From contig DAVZJV010000001.1 in assembly GCA_052272595.1 (NCBI GenBank), positions 1,616 through 65,615 of the forward strand: a stretch of 64,000 nucleotides of DNA, in the 5' to 3' direction. This stretch comes from Alloprevotella sp. (GTDB lineage Bacteria > Bacteroidota > Bacteroidia > Bacteroidales > Bacteroidaceae). The notes beneath the pieces were generated by a model. The model saw only the letters and a program-made list of their open reading frames with translations. It did no database searches and was not told where the DNA came from. Positions 17,323-28,340 of the stretch are shown piece after piece (the stretch's first letter is position 1; each line of letters begins with the position of its first letter). The position numbers and the translations under genes are program-made.

Positions 17323-20300
17323 TTAATTGCCGGAATAAGTGGCGCCGCCTCCCGCTCTGCGACGACGGTTAACTCGGAAGAGTTCGCGTAGATTAGAAAA
17401 GTCGCGTTTCAGGACGATGCCGATGCCCTGGGTCGTCAGCGAGGACTTGGTGAAGTAGCGGTCGGTCGTCTCGCTGTAGGCCTTGAGGCTTACCGTCCCT
17501 GCTGGGGTCAGGAGATAGCGCAGGTCAAAGTCGCCCACGAAGTTAGTCGCATCGTAGGGGCGGTCGCGATAGCCGAAGCTACCATTGAAGATGAGGCGGT
17601 CGTTGAGCATGCGTCCTTGAAGGAGGCCGTCGACTTCAAGATCATTCCAGCCGAGGCGGCCCGGCGTAAGATTGGTGCCGAAGTTCCAGCGCGATCCCGT
17701 GCCTAGCGCCGAGGCAAGCGCGGCGTTGAGCTGACCGGTCAGGGTCGAGGAAAGAAGCGAACGCATGGCCGAGGCACTTTGCGAAGACTGCGTCTCCTGA
17801 CCGGCTGTGGCGGTGCCGGATCCAGCCGTATAGAAGCGGCCGAGGGCCAGGAGGTAAAGCACCTGACGGCTCATGTCGTCATCGGTTGCGATAAGCTGGC
17901 GCACCATCTGCTTCTCATCTTCGCTGATGCCGCTCAGGTCGAGATCAAAGCTCACTTGCGGGCCGCCGGCCTGACCGCCAACGTGGACGAGGCAGTCAAC
18001 CCGTGCCGACTTCGAGGAGAAGCCCGCACGATAGTTGAGGTCGCTCAGGGGGACACCCGTAAGGTGGTAGACGGCATCGACGTTGAGCAGTGCATCGGTC
18101 GGCACGCCGGTAAACGTCACGGTAGAGCCTTCGCGCACGGAGAGATCCTTGCGGATGACATTTTGCAAGCTGAGGTAGTAAGTGCCGCGTTCGACGCGAT
18201 AGGTACCATAGAGTTCCAATCCCCCCTTGTTGTGCCAGAGCGTTCGCAGCGCACCGCTTCCCGTCGTGGTTACGGCGTCGCCCGACCGCGGGTCGGTAAC
18301 GATAGTGATGCGCGCCTCGGGGGTGACATTGATCGAGAGGTCGAGACCCACGTCCATGCCCTCCCCCTTGTATTTCTCTTCTTTAGCTTTAGATGCTGCC
18401 TTATCTTCGACCGCTTTGTGAATGGCGGCCGGGTCGGACTTCTGCGGATCGCGGAAGGTAAGAAACTGGTAGCCACCCGCAGCCTCGGCCGTTTGCAGTT
18501 GATAGGTGAGCGTCGTGGGGCGCTCAGTCGTGATATTGGCCTCCGCACTCAACGCACCCGCCCCGCCGTGGACACGGATGGTTCCCGTACCGGTCGCCGT
18601 GCTGTAGAAGGGCATGTCGCTCCCTTCCCCCCGATCGTAGCAGAGAAGGTGACGGGCTTCTACCGTGAAGTCGTAACGCAAGTCTTTGAGATGGCGGTGG
18701 AGCAGTGCTCCGGCTGCCGTACCGGTTCCGCCGCGTCCGTCGTTGACCTTGAAGTCGCCGAAAGTGATCGCGCCGGGCGAGAAGGTGATCGTGCCGTCAG
18801 CGAGGTCATACGCCACACCGATCTGGGGAATGCCCAGATGAGCCGCAGCGGTCATCTGACCGCTGAAGTCAAGCTGCTTGAAGGGGCCGTAAAGCCTGAG
18901 ATGTCCCGAAGCATCGCCGCGGAAACCGTCGAAGATGTCGCCGACATAATAATTGAGAAAGTCGAGGTTGACGCGACGGGCTAAGAAGTCGAGTCCAAGC
19001 TCCTTGTGGGCAAGGTCAACCTGCCCCTTGACATCGAGGCCGTCGGTACTGCGCCCCGGTTCGCGCCACATGGTGGCATCGAGGCGAATGGTGTTGTCGG
19101 CCTTCTGCCAACCGCCTCTGATGCTGGCATAGCCCATGAGACCATCGTTAAAGTAGAAGTTCGGAACAGTCAGTTCGGCCTCGACCTGCGGCCCGTTGCC
19201 GGCCCAAGTGAGGATGCCCCGTCCCGTAGCGCGCCCCGCAAACTTCACTGCATCGAAGTTGGCCAGGCCGAGAATATAATCGACATCGATCTGGCGGAGT
19301 TCGGCCACTACGGAGTCGCGGTGAGCCGGGGAGAACGCACCGGCAACTAAGACAGACTGGTCTTTGTGGGAGACGCTGACGCTGTCAAAGGTCAGGCGGC
19401 GGTCGGCCAGGTGGAGACTACCGGAGGATATGTGCCAGAGACTATCGGCGATGGTGAAGGTCGTGGGCAGTATGCGCGTGGTCAGCGCCAGCCCGCCACG
19501 ACGATCGCGGCTGAAACGCGTCACAGAACTGAGAGAGCCATCATAGCACAAGCCCTCGAGACGGAGCGCTCCCCACGAAAGGTCGGTCTTCAGTTCACCA
19601 TTGGCCGTCCTCAGATCGGCTACGAGGGCCATGGGGAGATGTTTGAAATTGCGACGCGACTGCACCAACAAGCGATATTCACCCCCACTTCCGGTGAGCG
19701 ACACCGACGAGCGGCCGAACCGCTGTCCGTAAAGAGAAAGGCTGTCTGCATAGACCTGCAACGAAGTGCGGTCGCCCGAGAGATCGACCGTCCCGTCCGC
19801 TACTACAGTCGAGGGAACCTCGATCGGCAGTCCCAACACGCGGGAGAAGAAGCTGCCATCCTTCAGCTGGGCATGAATAGAAAGCCTCTCGCCGCCCCGT
19901 CTCTCCTGCTGTGATTCAGACGATAGCAAACCGGGCAGCGCATTGCCAATGAGGCGTTGCCCCGCCACGACGAGCCGCTTAAGATCGAGCTCTCCCTCAA
20001 GCTTGGCGTCTAGGAAGTCGCTCGCCAGTTCGAGACGCTGATCCGCTCCCGAGCCTTTGAGCGAAAGGTCAAGGAAACTGAGCGCGTAGTCGCCATGGCT
20101 CCCACCCTTAAGGCTCACGTCGTGCAGGGACAGATGACCGTGGGGCGAAGCTGCTGTCAGTCCTTCTGCCCGCGCCTCTAGCCGCCCGGAGATCGTGCCT
20201 CCACCGATGCGGGCATCGTGAAGGTTCCATAACGCGGGTGTAAACTCTCCGAGCGTGCCGCGCAAGTCGAACCCGTCAAGTCGCCAATCGGAAAGATGCA

Positions 20301-21837
20301 ATGTGCCCGCTACTCGCCCGTCTGCATGACGGTTAGGGCTAACCAGGCTGAAGGCCAACGCATCGCGCACGAGGCTGGCCGTCAGCCTGACATCGCGCAG
20401 ACTACCCCGAGCCCAGTCCAGCCGCTCGAGCGTAAGGTGGGCGCCACCGCCCGTAATCCGGCGAAGCGCCTTCGGATCGATGGTCACGTCAGCACTGCCC
20501 GTTGCACTCACCAGTGTCGGCAATGCCTCGCGCTGAAAGAGGCGTGAAGGGTTGACATCGTGTAGCGTCAGACGGGTGCGGAACTTCGCGCCGTCGTAGG
20601 CTGCCTGAAGGCGAACTTCGCCCGCTTCAGATCTGAGGGACAGGCGACCATCTCCCTGCAAGCTCGCAGGGATCAGACGTCCCGTCAATTCAGCACTCAA
20701 TTTCCCCAAAGCAGACAGAACATGCGGCGCTACACTGTCGCGCAAGAACGGACGAATGTGACCGGCAAGTAAAGGCGCATCGACCTGCAGGCTGAGCTGC
20801 CGGACAATGACCTCTCGGAATATCTCCCGTGATCTGCCTCGCTTGAGCGCAATAGCTCCCGTCAGCGACAGTGTACGGCCATCTTCCGTCGAGAGTGAAA
20901 GGTCATCGAAGGCGATGCGCTGAGGATTGACGGCGAAACGGGTCTGGAAACGCACGCGTTCATGCAACGCAGCAGGCAACTGGACGAAGGGACGCACGTC
21001 GGCTAGAGAGAGCGCCGAACGCTTGACGGCACCGCTGACTCTGAGGGTAGGCCAAAGTTCTGAAAGACTACGGCGCACATCGTAAGTTGCCTCGAGTTCG
21101 GAGAGACGAAAGCGGCTCTCAGACAGTTTCAGCTCGAAATCGCGCAGGCGTGCACGCTGCCGGTCGGCGGTTAGATGGAGGGTCATTCCCGCAAGGCAGA
21201 AACCGCTCCGTTCGCGAAACGAAAGCGCACGAACCCGCAGATCGATCTCCCTCGGGGTGAGTCTACGGAGACTGACGGAGGCATTGAGATTGCTCAGGGC
21301 TATGTGGGCAACGTCAAATCGCCCCTTTGCCTTGCGAGGCTGATAGATCGCATCGTAACGGATATCAAGGCGACGAAGGATGAGCGAGCCGATGCGCAGG
21401 TTGAGTTTCGAGGGACCCTTATCGTGAGAGGCGAAGGCGTCAATCAGGTATTGGCAGTTGAGCGGTGCGTCAGGTGCGGGCTTATAGAGGTTGACTGAGC
21501 CGTCAAGGAGCGAGACGCTGCGGATCGTCAGCGGCCCCGAAAAGAGGGATCGCAGGGAGATCTTCGCCGTCATGCGACGGGCACGCAAGAGGGGCTTAAG
21601 CCGTTGATCGTCTATCTGTACATCATTGAGCACAATGCGGTTAAATAGTCCGACTTCAACTGTACCTATAGAAACGCGACTATGTACCTTCTCCGACAGC
21701 ATCTCGGCCGCGATCTGCGCCATCCGCTCCTGGCAAGGGCCGTAATTGAGCGCCAGCAAGAGCACCAGATAGCCACTCAGCACTATGCCGAGCACTACCT
21801 TGAGCGTGCGCCTAATGTGGAGTTTGACCTTACGCAT
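17323..21837 (-). CDS. tamB: translocation/assembly module TamB-like (AsmA-like/DUF490) protein
   Basis: 1504 aa with an N-terminal TM anchor (VVLGIVLSGYLVLLLALNY). The body is long, repetitive and beta-rich, with a conserved-looking C-terminal region (LIFNGSFGYRD...LKAYSETTD). Confidence 0.7.
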   Translation of the reverse strand: MRKVKLHIRRTLKVVLGIVLSGYLVLLLALNYGPCQERMAQIAAEMLSEKVHSRVSIGTVEVGLFNRIVLNDVQIDDQRLKPLLRARRMTAKISLRSLFSGPLTIRSVSLLDGSVNLYKPAPDAPLNCQYLIDAFASHDKGPSKLNLRIGSLILRRLDIRYDAIYQPRKAKGRFDVAHIALSNLNASVSLRRLTPREIDLRVRALSFRERSGFCLAGMTLHLTADRQRARLRDFELKLSESRFRLSELEATYDVRRSLSELWPTLRVSGAVKRSALSLADVRPFVQLPAALHERVRFQTRFAVNPQRIAFDDLSLSTEDGRTLSLTGAIALKRGRSREIFREVIVRQLSLQVDAPLLAGHIRPFLRDSVAPHVLSALGKLSAELTGRLIPASLQGDGRLSLRSEAGEVRLQAAYDGAKFRTRLTLHDVNPSRLFQREALPTLVSATGSADVTIDPKALRRITGGGAHLTLERLDWARGSLRDVRLTASLVRDALAFSLVSPNRHADGRVAGTLHLSDWRLDGFDLRGTLGEFTPALWNLHDARIGGGTISGRLEARAEGLTAASPHGHLSLHDVSLKGGSHGDYALSFLDLSLKGSGADQRLELASDFLDAKLEGELDLKRLVVAGQRLIGNALPGLLSSESQQERRGGERLSIHAQLKDGSFFSRVLGLPIEVPSTVVADGTVDLSGDRTSLQVYADSLSLYGQRFGRSSVSLTGSGGEYRLLVQSRRNFKHLPMALVADLRTANGELKTDLSWGALRLEGLCYDGSLSSVTRFSRDRRGGLALTTRILPTTFTIADSLWHISSGSLHLADRRLTFDSVSVSHKDQSVLVAGAFSPAHRDSVVAELRQIDVDYILGLANFDAVKFAGRATGRGILTWAGNGPQVEAELTVPNFYFNDGLMGYASIRGGWQKADNTIRLDATMWREPGRSTDGLDVKGQVDLAHKELGLDFLARRVNLDFLNYYVGDIFDGFRGDASGHLRLYGPFKQLDFSGQMTAAAHLGIPQIGVAYDLADGTITFSPGAITFGDFKVNDGRGGTGTAAGALLHRHLKDLRYDFTVEARHLLCYDRGEGSDMPFYSTATGTGTIRVHGGAGALSAEANITTERPTTLTYQLQTAEAAGGYQFLTFRDPQKSDPAAIHKAVEDKAASKAKEEKYKGEGMDVGLDLSINVTPEARITIVTDPRSGDAVTTTGSGALRTLWHNKGGLELYGTYRVERGTYYLSLQNVIRKDLSVREGSTVTFTGVPTDALLNVDAVYHLTGVPLSDLNYRAGFSSKSARVDCLVHVGGQAGGPQVSFDLDLSGISEDEKQMVRQLIATDDDMSRQVLYLLALGRFYTAGSGTATAGQETQSSQSASAMRSLLSSTLTGQLNAALASALGTGSRWNFGTNLTPGRLGWNDLEVDGLLQGRMLNDRLIFNGSFGYRDRPYDATNFVGDFDLRYLLTPAGTVSLKAYSETTDRYFTKSSLTTQGIGIVLKRDFSNLRELFRVNRRRRAGGGATYSGN

Positions 21838-21934
21838 GGGGGAGCAGAAGTGTATGATGAATGACTGAGAAGGGTGGAGAAATTAAGACGTGCCTAGAGG
21901 AACAAGGGGAAGATTTATCTATCAAAGGATAGCT

Positions 21935-23593
21935 TCAAGCACCTATGCCTTCCTTGCTGAGTCGCAAGACGTTGCCGGCATAGCGCAATACCTCGGGACG
22001 GTGGGTGATGAAGATAAACGTGCGGTGGGGATAACGGGCTATGATTCGCTCGAGGACGATGCGCTCGGTCTCGCTATCAAGTGACGAGGTAGACTCGTCA
22101 AAGATGAAGATGCTCCCTTGCGAGAGGAGGGCGCGCGCAATGGCGATGCGCTGCGCCTGCCCTTCGGAAAGCCCGTCGCCATCTTCACCGCAAGGAGTAT
22201 CGAGGCCCAGCTTCTTCTTATAAACGAAGTCGGCGGCGGCGGTATGGAGCACATCGTCTATCTCTTCCTGCGTGGCCTCGGGATTGCCCAAAAGTAGGTT
22301 GGAGCGGATGGTACCGGAGAGGAGGGTATTACCCTGCGGCACGTAGGCGAAGTTAGCCCGTAGCTTCGGTTCCATCGTGTAGCCGTTGCCCTGACGGTCT
22401 ATCAGGGTGATCCCTCCCTCGACCGGCGTAACGAGCGAAAGGAGCAGGCGGATGAGCGTTGTCTTCCCCGCCCCCGTCTCGCCGACCACGGCGGTTATAC
22501 TGCCCGGCGCGAAGTCATAATCGAAGTGGCTGAAGATCCATCTCGAGCGCTCCGAATACCGGAAAGAGACCCCGCTGATGCTGATGCCTAGAGGCGCCTT
22601 CAGCAGACGGGTCTGGCCGCCCGCTTCTTGCGGTATCTCCTCGATCTCCATGAGCCGTTCGGAAGCCGTAAAAGCGTTGATAAAAATGGGTACGAAGCGC
22701 GAGAGATTGCGCACCGGCTCCTGGATCTGCCCTACGAGCTGGATGAAGGCCAGCAGCGCACCATAGGTGATGGCGCCGTCTGCCAGACTGTGAACGCCCC
22801 AGGCGAAAGTGACGAAATAACCCGTTGTGAAACCCGCCGCAAGGATGCCGCTAGAGAGTGTCGCATACTTCGTGCGGCGGATAACGCAGTCATAGAGTGC
22901 GCCTTGGCGCTCGCTGAGATAGGTCTTGAAATAGGGAATGCGCGAGAGCGTCTTGACGATGAGCACGTGTTGGAGCGTTTCCTGTATGACGGCCTGTATG
23001 CGACTCTCGCCGTCGCGGGCCTCGTGGGCCAGTTTGCGCATCCGCTTGACATAGAGTTTGCTCGAAATGACAAAGAAGGGGATCACGCAGACTACGATGA
23101 GCGCCAGCGTGCTGTCCATCAGAAAGAGGAAGAGAAAGGCACCGGCAAACTGTACGCACGTCGTCACAAAGACCGGCAGGCTCTCGGTCGTAAAGTTGAC
23201 CACGTCGGTCACGTCGCGCTCGACGCGATTGGTCAGATTGCCCGTGTGATAGGAGCGCAGCATCGCGTAACGACAACCCAGCAGGTAAGAGAAGAGACGC
23301 AGGCGCATGTCGTTTTGGGCCTTGACGCCCAGCGCAGCCCTGACCCAGCGCGAGAGCAGATTGAGGAGGATGCGAACGATCATCAACACCAGGATCAGGG
23401 CAAGCGCCGCGTCAAGCGACAGGTGATGGGCATGGCCCGTCGCCACGTCGATGGCCGACTTCGTGGCCCAGACAAACCCCAGGTCGAGCCCTACTAGCAA
23501 CACGCCGATAAGCGTGTTGAGTATGACCTGCAAGCGGTTGCCCGTGAGTTGGCGATAGATATAGCGTGCGATTTCGGGAATGGGGCGCGTCAT
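21935..23593 (-). CDS. ABC exporter, fused permease/ATP-binding protein (MsbA-like)
   Basis: N-terminal six-TM domain. The nucleotide-binding domain has Walker A (GETGAGKTT), signature (LSEGQAQR) and Walker B (IFIFDESTSSLD). Confidence 0.88.
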   Translation of the reverse strand: MTRPIPEIARYIYRQLTGNRLQVILNTLIGVLLVGLDLGFVWATKSAIDVATGHAHHLSLDAALALILVLMIVRILLNLLSRWVRAALGVKAQNDMRLRLFSYLLGCRYAMLRSYHTGNLTNRVERDVTDVVNFTTESLPVFVTTCVQFAGAFLFLFLMDSTLALIVVCVIPFFVISSKLYVKRMRKLAHEARDGESRIQAVIQETLQHVLIVKTLSRIPYFKTYLSERQGALYDCVIRRTKYATLSSGILAAGFTTGYFVTFAWGVHSLADGAITYGALLAFIQLVGQIQEPVRNLSRFVPIFINAFTASERLMEIEEIPQEAGGQTRLLKAPLGISISGVSFRYSERSRWIFSHFDYDFAPGSITAVVGETGAGKTTLIRLLLSLVTPVEGGITLIDRQGNGYTMEPKLRANFAYVPQGNTLLSGTIRSNLLLGNPEATQEEIDDVLHTAAADFVYKKKLGLDTPCGEDGDGLSEGQAQRIAIARALLSQGSIFIFDESTSSLDSETERIVLERIIARYPHRTFIFITHRPEVLRYAGNVLRLSKEGIGA

Positions 23594-23617
23594 ATAGATG
23601 CGTGTATGGGGGGGGTA

Positions 23618-24514
23618 TCAGTGGCGGCCGTCTGCTCCCCAAAGGAGCTTCTCGCGCAGCGTGTCAAAGAAGTGTTTGTGTTCCACCTTGATGACCTTCA
23701 CCGTGTGGGCCGCGCGGCGCAGGGTGATAACCGTATCATCGGGGAGAGACTCGCTGCGACCGTCTGCGGCCAGCAGGAAGTTGTGCGAACGGCTCCTCAC
23801 GCAGAGCTTCACCTCAACGTCGTCGCGAACCACAACGGGACGCACGGAAAGGCTGTGAGGCGCCACGGCGGAGATGCAGATCGTGCCTGACTGGGGCACC
23901 AAGATGGGACCGCCTACACTCAGCGAGTAGCCGGTCGAGCCCGTTGGTGTCGCCACGATAAGGCCGTCAGCCAGGTAAGTGGCGAGATAGCTGTCGTTGA
24001 TATAGGTCGTCACCTCGATGAGCGAGGAGTTGTCGTGCTTGAGTACGGCCACCTCGTTGAGCGCGTAGGGGTAGGTCTTAGAGGGCACACCATCCTTGGC
24101 CACGGAGAGCACGCCTCTACGCTCGATCACATAGTCCCCCCGACAGAGGGCCTCGATCGAGGGCTCGATGCGCTCGGGCGAGACATCGGCCAGGAAACCC
24201 AACCGCCCTGTGTTGATCCCCAGGATGGGCACGCCGATCGTCCCCACCTTGGCCGCCGTATCAAGAAAGGTACCGTCACCGCCGATAGAGATGGCCACGT
24301 CGGCCCTGCAATCAGCGGGCACGCTAAAGGTGCGGTAACCGCCGAGATCGATGCCCAGCTGATGGTGGAGGAAACGGGCAAAGGCCTCGTCAAGCGCCAC
24401 CTCGACGCCACAGGCTCGCAACTTGTCCAACACGCCGACAACGTACTGGTTCTTTTTTGTCTGATAGCTGTTGCCGAAGAGCGCGACCTTAAGCGCGGGA
24501 GTGTACATAGGCAC
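23618..24514 (-). CDS. nadK: NAD kinase
   Basis: 298 aa with the GGDGTFL motif and a typical PpnK C-terminal beta domain. Confidence 0.88.
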   Translation of the reverse strand: MPMYTPALKVALFGNSYQTKKNQYVVGVLDKLRACGVEVALDEAFARFLHHQLGIDLGGYRTFSVPADCRADVAISIGGDGTFLDTAAKVGTIGVPILGINTGRLGFLADVSPERIEPSIEALCRGDYVIERRGVLSVAKDGVPSKTYPYALNEVAVLKHDNSSLIEVTTYINDSYLATYLADGLIVATPTGSTGYSLSVGGPILVPQSGTICISAVAPHSLSVRPVVVRDDVEVKLCVRSRSHNFLLAADGRSESLPDDTVITLRRAAHTVKVIKVEHKHFFDTLREKLLWGADGRH

Positions 24515-24585
24515 AAGGGATGTTAAACACTACGAGAGACGTATAAAAATACACCTTCACGGTCGCGAGGGAAAGTGAAAGGATG

Positions 24586-24593
24586 TATTTTTG
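24586..24593 (+). promoter_or_regulatory. candidate -7 box (TATTTTTG) inside an imperfect inverted repeat
   Basis: TAnnTTTG match in the right arm of the inverted repeat 24545-24560 / 24575-24592, in the nadK-pdxJ divergent region. Confidence 0.3.
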
Positions 24594-24724
24594 CGGGAAC
24601 GGCAAGGGGAAGCGTGCCGCAGCATTTAGGCAAAGTTAGTGCAAGGTGGGCGGAATGCAAAGGTAAAAGCGAAGGATTTACACTTGCTCCCCCACCATTC
24701 CCCACTCTATCCTCACACACACAA

Positions 24725-25438
24725 ATGACTAGACTTAGCGTTAATATCAACAAGATTGCCACCCTGCGCAATGCCCGGGGCGGCAATAATCCCGATGTCG
24801 TTGCCACAGCGCTCGACATCGAACGATTCGGTGCAGAAGGCATCACCGTCCATCCGCGCCCTGATGAGCGCCACATACGTCGCAGCGACGTCTTAGAGCT
24901 CAAGACGGTCCTCACGACCGAATTTAACATCGAGGGCTATCCGGCTCCCGCATTTCTCGACCTCGTCACGCAGGTACATCCCGCCCAAGTCACCCTGGTG
25001 CCCGACGCTCCCGACCAGCTCACCTCAAACCACGGATGGGACACGGTCAGCCAGGCAGAGCAGCTGCGCCCTGTCATCGAGCGTCTGAGGCTCGAGGGCA
25101 TTCGCGTGAGCCTGTTTATCGACCCCGTTGCCGAAATGGCGGATGGAGCCGCTGCCCTGGGCGCCGACCGCATCGAACTCTATACCGAACCCTACGCCAC
25201 GACCTACCCCCACGACCGCGAAGCGGCCATCGCCCCATACATAGCCGTGGCCGAGCACTGCCGAAAGCTCGGATTGGGCATCAACGCCGGCCACGACCTG
25301 AGTCTCGACAACCTCACCTACTTCCATCGGCACATACCCTACCTCGACGAGGTAAGTATCGGGCATGCGCTCATCTGCGACGCCCTCTACCTCGGCCTGC
25401 GCCAGACCGTTGCGGCCTATCTTGCTTGTCTCAACTAG
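24725..25438 (+). CDS. pdxJ: pyridoxine 5'-phosphate synthase
   Basis: Start at [20 protein letters not shown] (24725). HPRPDERHI motif. 237 aa. Confidence 0.92.
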   Translation: MTRLSVNINKIATLRNARGGNNPDVVATALDIERFGAEGITVHPRPDERHIRRSDVLELKTVLTTEFNIEGYPAPAFLDLVTQVHPAQVTLVPDAPDQLTSNHGWDTVSQAEQLRPVIERLRLEGIRVSLFIDPVAEMADGAAALGADRIELYTEPYATTYPHDREAAIAPYIAVAEHCRKLGLGINAGHDLSLDNLTYFHRHIPYLDEVSIGHALICDALYLGLRQTVAAYLACLN

Positions 25439-25535
25439 TTCCGCACCACGGAGCCTGTGCGCCGCACATTGTGTGCCCCGCTGCGCACGACTTCTTATTA
25501 TTTACAAGTAAGCACACTCCCATCCAGCAACCACT

Positions 25536-26123
25536 ATGGTTTACGTATTTCTCGCTGACGGCTTCGAAGACATCGAAGCGCTCGGCACCATTGACATCCT
25601 GCGCCGCTGCGGCCTTGAGGTCAAGACCCTCAGCATCTCCGGCAAGCGTGTTGTCGTCAGTGCACACGACATCACGGTCAAGGCTGACACATTCTTCCGC
25701 AAAAACCACCTCATCCACTGCGAAGCCATCGTTCTCCCCGGTGGAGGGAAGGGGGCCGAATTGCTGGCAGAAAACAATGTGCTGCGCTTGGCCATCCAAC
25801 AGCAACACTATCAGAAGAGAGTCATCGCCGCCATCTGCGCAGCTCCCAAGGTATTGGCCAAGGCGGACGTCCTCTCGGGACGCCACGTGACGATGTATCC
25901 CGGCATGGAGGATTGCCTGCCCGAAGACTGCATCTACCACGACGATGCCTTCGTCGTCGAAGACGGACACATCATTACCGCCTGCGGCCCCGCCGCCACG
26001 CATCTCTTCGCCCTGACGCTCGCCAACAAACTTACGAACGGATCGGGCATCGCCAATGAGGTGGCCTTCGGCATGTGCTACACCTCGCGCGACAAGGCTC
26101 GCACGGGCGTCTTGCGCTTCTAG
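25536..26123 (+). CDS. DJ-1/PfpI (ThiJ) family protein
   Basis: 195 aa with the nucleophile-elbow Cys in AAICAAP and a flavodoxin-like N-terminus (VYVFLADGFEDIE). Confidence 0.85.
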   Translation: MVYVFLADGFEDIEALGTIDILRRCGLEVKTLSISGKRVVVSAHDITVKADTFFRKNHLIHCEAIVLPGGGKGAELLAENNVLRLAIQQQHYQKRVIAAICAAPKVLAKADVLSGRHVTMYPGMEDCLPEDCIYHDDAFVVEDGHIITACGPAATHLFALTLANKLTNGSGIANEVAFGMCYTSRDKARTGVLRF

Positions 26124-26159
26124 TCCTCCACTGCTCTCGATACCATCAGCCAGTCTCTC

Positions 26160-28259
26160 ATGCAGACCAACCCGCTCTCGACCGACATCATGTACCTCAA
26201 GGGGGTCGGACCTCGCCGCGCCAAGCTGCTCGGCGAGGAACTCGGCATACGCACAGTGGGTGACTTGCTTCATCATTTTCCGTATAAGTACATCGACCGC
26301 AGCGTCATCCACCGCATCTGCGACCTCGAAGAGGGCATGCCCTATGTACAGCTCAAGGGGCAGATTATCTCTAAGCGCATCGAGGGAAACGGCCGACGCG
26401 AGCGACTCGTGGCCACCTTCTCCGACGGCACGGGCGTGATCGAGCTGGTGTGGTTCAACGCACTGAAATACCACGAAAAGTCCGTACTCCCCGCCCACCC
26501 TTACCTGCTCTTGGGCAAGCCCACCGGATGGAACGGCCGAATCAACATTGCCCATCCCGAACTCGAAGAGCCACAGGCCGCAGGCACACCCCAGGCGATG
26601 AGGCCCCACTATCACACGACGGAGAAGATGAAACGCATGGGGATGAGCTCCATCATCATCGACGAGCTCATAGAACAGGCCTTCAAGCTGCTCGGCACAA
26701 TGACCATCGATGAGACACTGCCGGCCTATCTTACCGCACGCTACAACCTCATGCCTCTCGACAGCGCCATCCGGACGATCCACCGCCCCCGTACGGCTAA
26801 GGAACTCCCCGAGGCGCAACGAAGACTCAAGTTTGACGAACTTTTCTTCATACAGCTCGACATCCTCCGCCACGCCGCCAACCGCAAGCACTTTGAGGCG
26901 GGCTACCTCTTCGCCAGCGTCGGCGAGCGCTTCCTCGACTTCTACAACAACCACCTGCCCTTCTCACTGACCGAAGCGCAAAAGCGCGTCATCCGCGAGA
27001 TACGTAACGACGTCCGCAGCGGTCACCAGATGAATCGCCTCCTGCAGGGCGATGTCGGCAGCGGTAAGACGATCGTGGCGCTGCTCTGCTGCCTGCTAGC
27101 GCTCGACAATGGCTTCCAGACCTGCATCATGGCACCCACCGAGATTCTTGCAGAGCAACACTACGCCTCCATCAGCGACTATCTCAAGGACATGCCCATA
27201 CGGGTCGAACTCCTCACGGGCAGCGTCAAGGGCAAGCGCCGCAAGGCCATCCTCGAGGGACTGGCCGACGGGTCCGTCGACCTGCTCATCGGCACACACG
27301 CCCTGATCGAGCCTACCGTCCATTTCCTCAACCTCGGCTTCGTCGTCATCGACGAGCAACACCGCTTCGGCGTCAAGCAGCGCGCAAGTCTGTGGGAGAA
27401 AAACGTGCGTCCGCCTCACATCCTCGTCATGACGGCCACCCCCATCCCGCGCACCCTGGCCATGACCGTCTATGGCGACCTCGACGTAAGCATCATCGAC
27501 CAGCTGCCCCCCGGTCGCAAGCCGATCGAGACGATTCACTACCGCCAAGGAGACCGCGGCAAGCTCTATCAGGGAATGCGTTACCAGCTAGAGCTCGGAC
27601 GTCAGGCTTACGTCGTCTTTCCCCTCATCAAGCAAAGCGAGAAGCAAGACCTCAAGGATCTGGAGACAGGCTTCGCCCAACTCACCGACGCTTTTCCCGA
27701 TCGACGCGTCGGCATGGTCCACGGCAAGATGAAGCCTGAGGTCAAAGACGCCGCCATGCAGGCTTTCAAACGGCACGAGACCGACATTCTCGTCTCGACC
27801 ACCGTCATCGAGGTGGGTGTCAACGTGCCCAACGCTTCGGTCATGGTTATCGAGAATGCCGAACGCTTCGGCTTGGCCCAGCTCCACCAGCTACGAGGGC
27901 GCGTTGGGCGCGGAGCGGAGCAGAGCTATTGCATCCTTGTCACTTCCGATCGCCTCGGAGACACCACACGCCGCCGAATGCAGGTGATGTGCGAATCGAC
28001 AGACGGCTTCTTCATCGCCGAAGAAGACATGAAACTCCGAGGCCCCGGCGATATGGAAGGAACAGCCCAGAGCGGACTGCCCTTCGACCTCAAAATCGCC
28101 AACATAACCAAAGATCAGGAACTCCTCACCGTAGCGCGCGAGGCGGCTACTGACGTGCTCGATACCGACCCCGCCCAAAACCTGCCCGCCAACGCGCTCA
28201 TCTGGCGCCATCTGGCCCAACTCCGACGCGCGCAGACCAACTTCTCCTCAATCTCCTAA
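26160..28259 (+). CDS. recG: ATP-dependent DNA helicase RecG
   Basis: 699 aa. Wedge domain plus SF2 helicase motifs GDVGSGKT, DEQHRFG and QLRGRVGRG. Confidence 0.93.
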   Translation: MQTNPLSTDIMYLKGVGPRRAKLLGEELGIRTVGDLLHHFPYKYIDRSVIHRICDLEEGMPYVQLKGQIISKRIEGNGRRERLVATFSDGTGVIELVWFNALKYHEKSVLPAHPYLLLGKPTGWNGRINIAHPELEEPQAAGTPQAMRPHYHTTEKMKRMGMSSIIIDELIEQAFKLLGTMTIDETLPAYLTARYNLMPLDSAIRTIHRPRTAKELPEAQRRLKFDELFFIQLDILRHAANRKHFEAGYLFASVGERFLDFYNNHLPFSLTEAQKRVIREIRNDVRSGHQMNRLLQGDVGSGKTIVALLCCLLALDNGFQTCIMAPTEILAEQHYASISDYLKDMPIRVELLTGSVKGKRRKAILEGLADGSVDLLIGTHALIEPTVHFLNLGFVVIDEQHRFGVKQRASLWEKNVRPPHILVMTATPIPRTLAMTVYGDLDVSIIDQLPPGRKPIETIHYRQGDRGKLYQGMRYQLELGRQAYVVFPLIKQSEKQDLKDLETGFAQLTDAFPDRRVGMVHGKMKPEVKDAAMQAFKRHETDILVSTTVIEVGVNVPNASVMVIENAERFGLAQLHQLRGRVGRGAEQSYCILVTSDRLGDTTRRRMQVMCESTDGFFIAEEDMKLRGPGDMEGTAQSGLPFDLKIANITKDQELLTVAREAATDVLDTDPAQNLPANALIWRHLAQLRRAQTNFSSIS

Positions 28260-28340
28260 GACGACAGCGACTCAGGCCCTCCCGCGAGCAATCGCACCGG
28301 TCACTCCCCTCCCCTCGCCCCGCCAAGTCTTTCATCAACT

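Noticed and set aside
17779-18984. 401-aa plus-strand ORF (and several smaller ones) inside the TamB-like gene
   Set aside because: These ORFs are antisense to a continuous 1504-aa ORF. They show no motifs and fit the GC-rich shadow pattern.
25431-26954. 507-aa minus-strand ORF
   Set aside because: It lies antisense to the well-supported DJ-1 and recG genes. Its translation is low-complexity and rich in Gly/Ala/Val/Glu/Asp, typical of shadow ORFs in GC-rich DNA, and it has no motifs.
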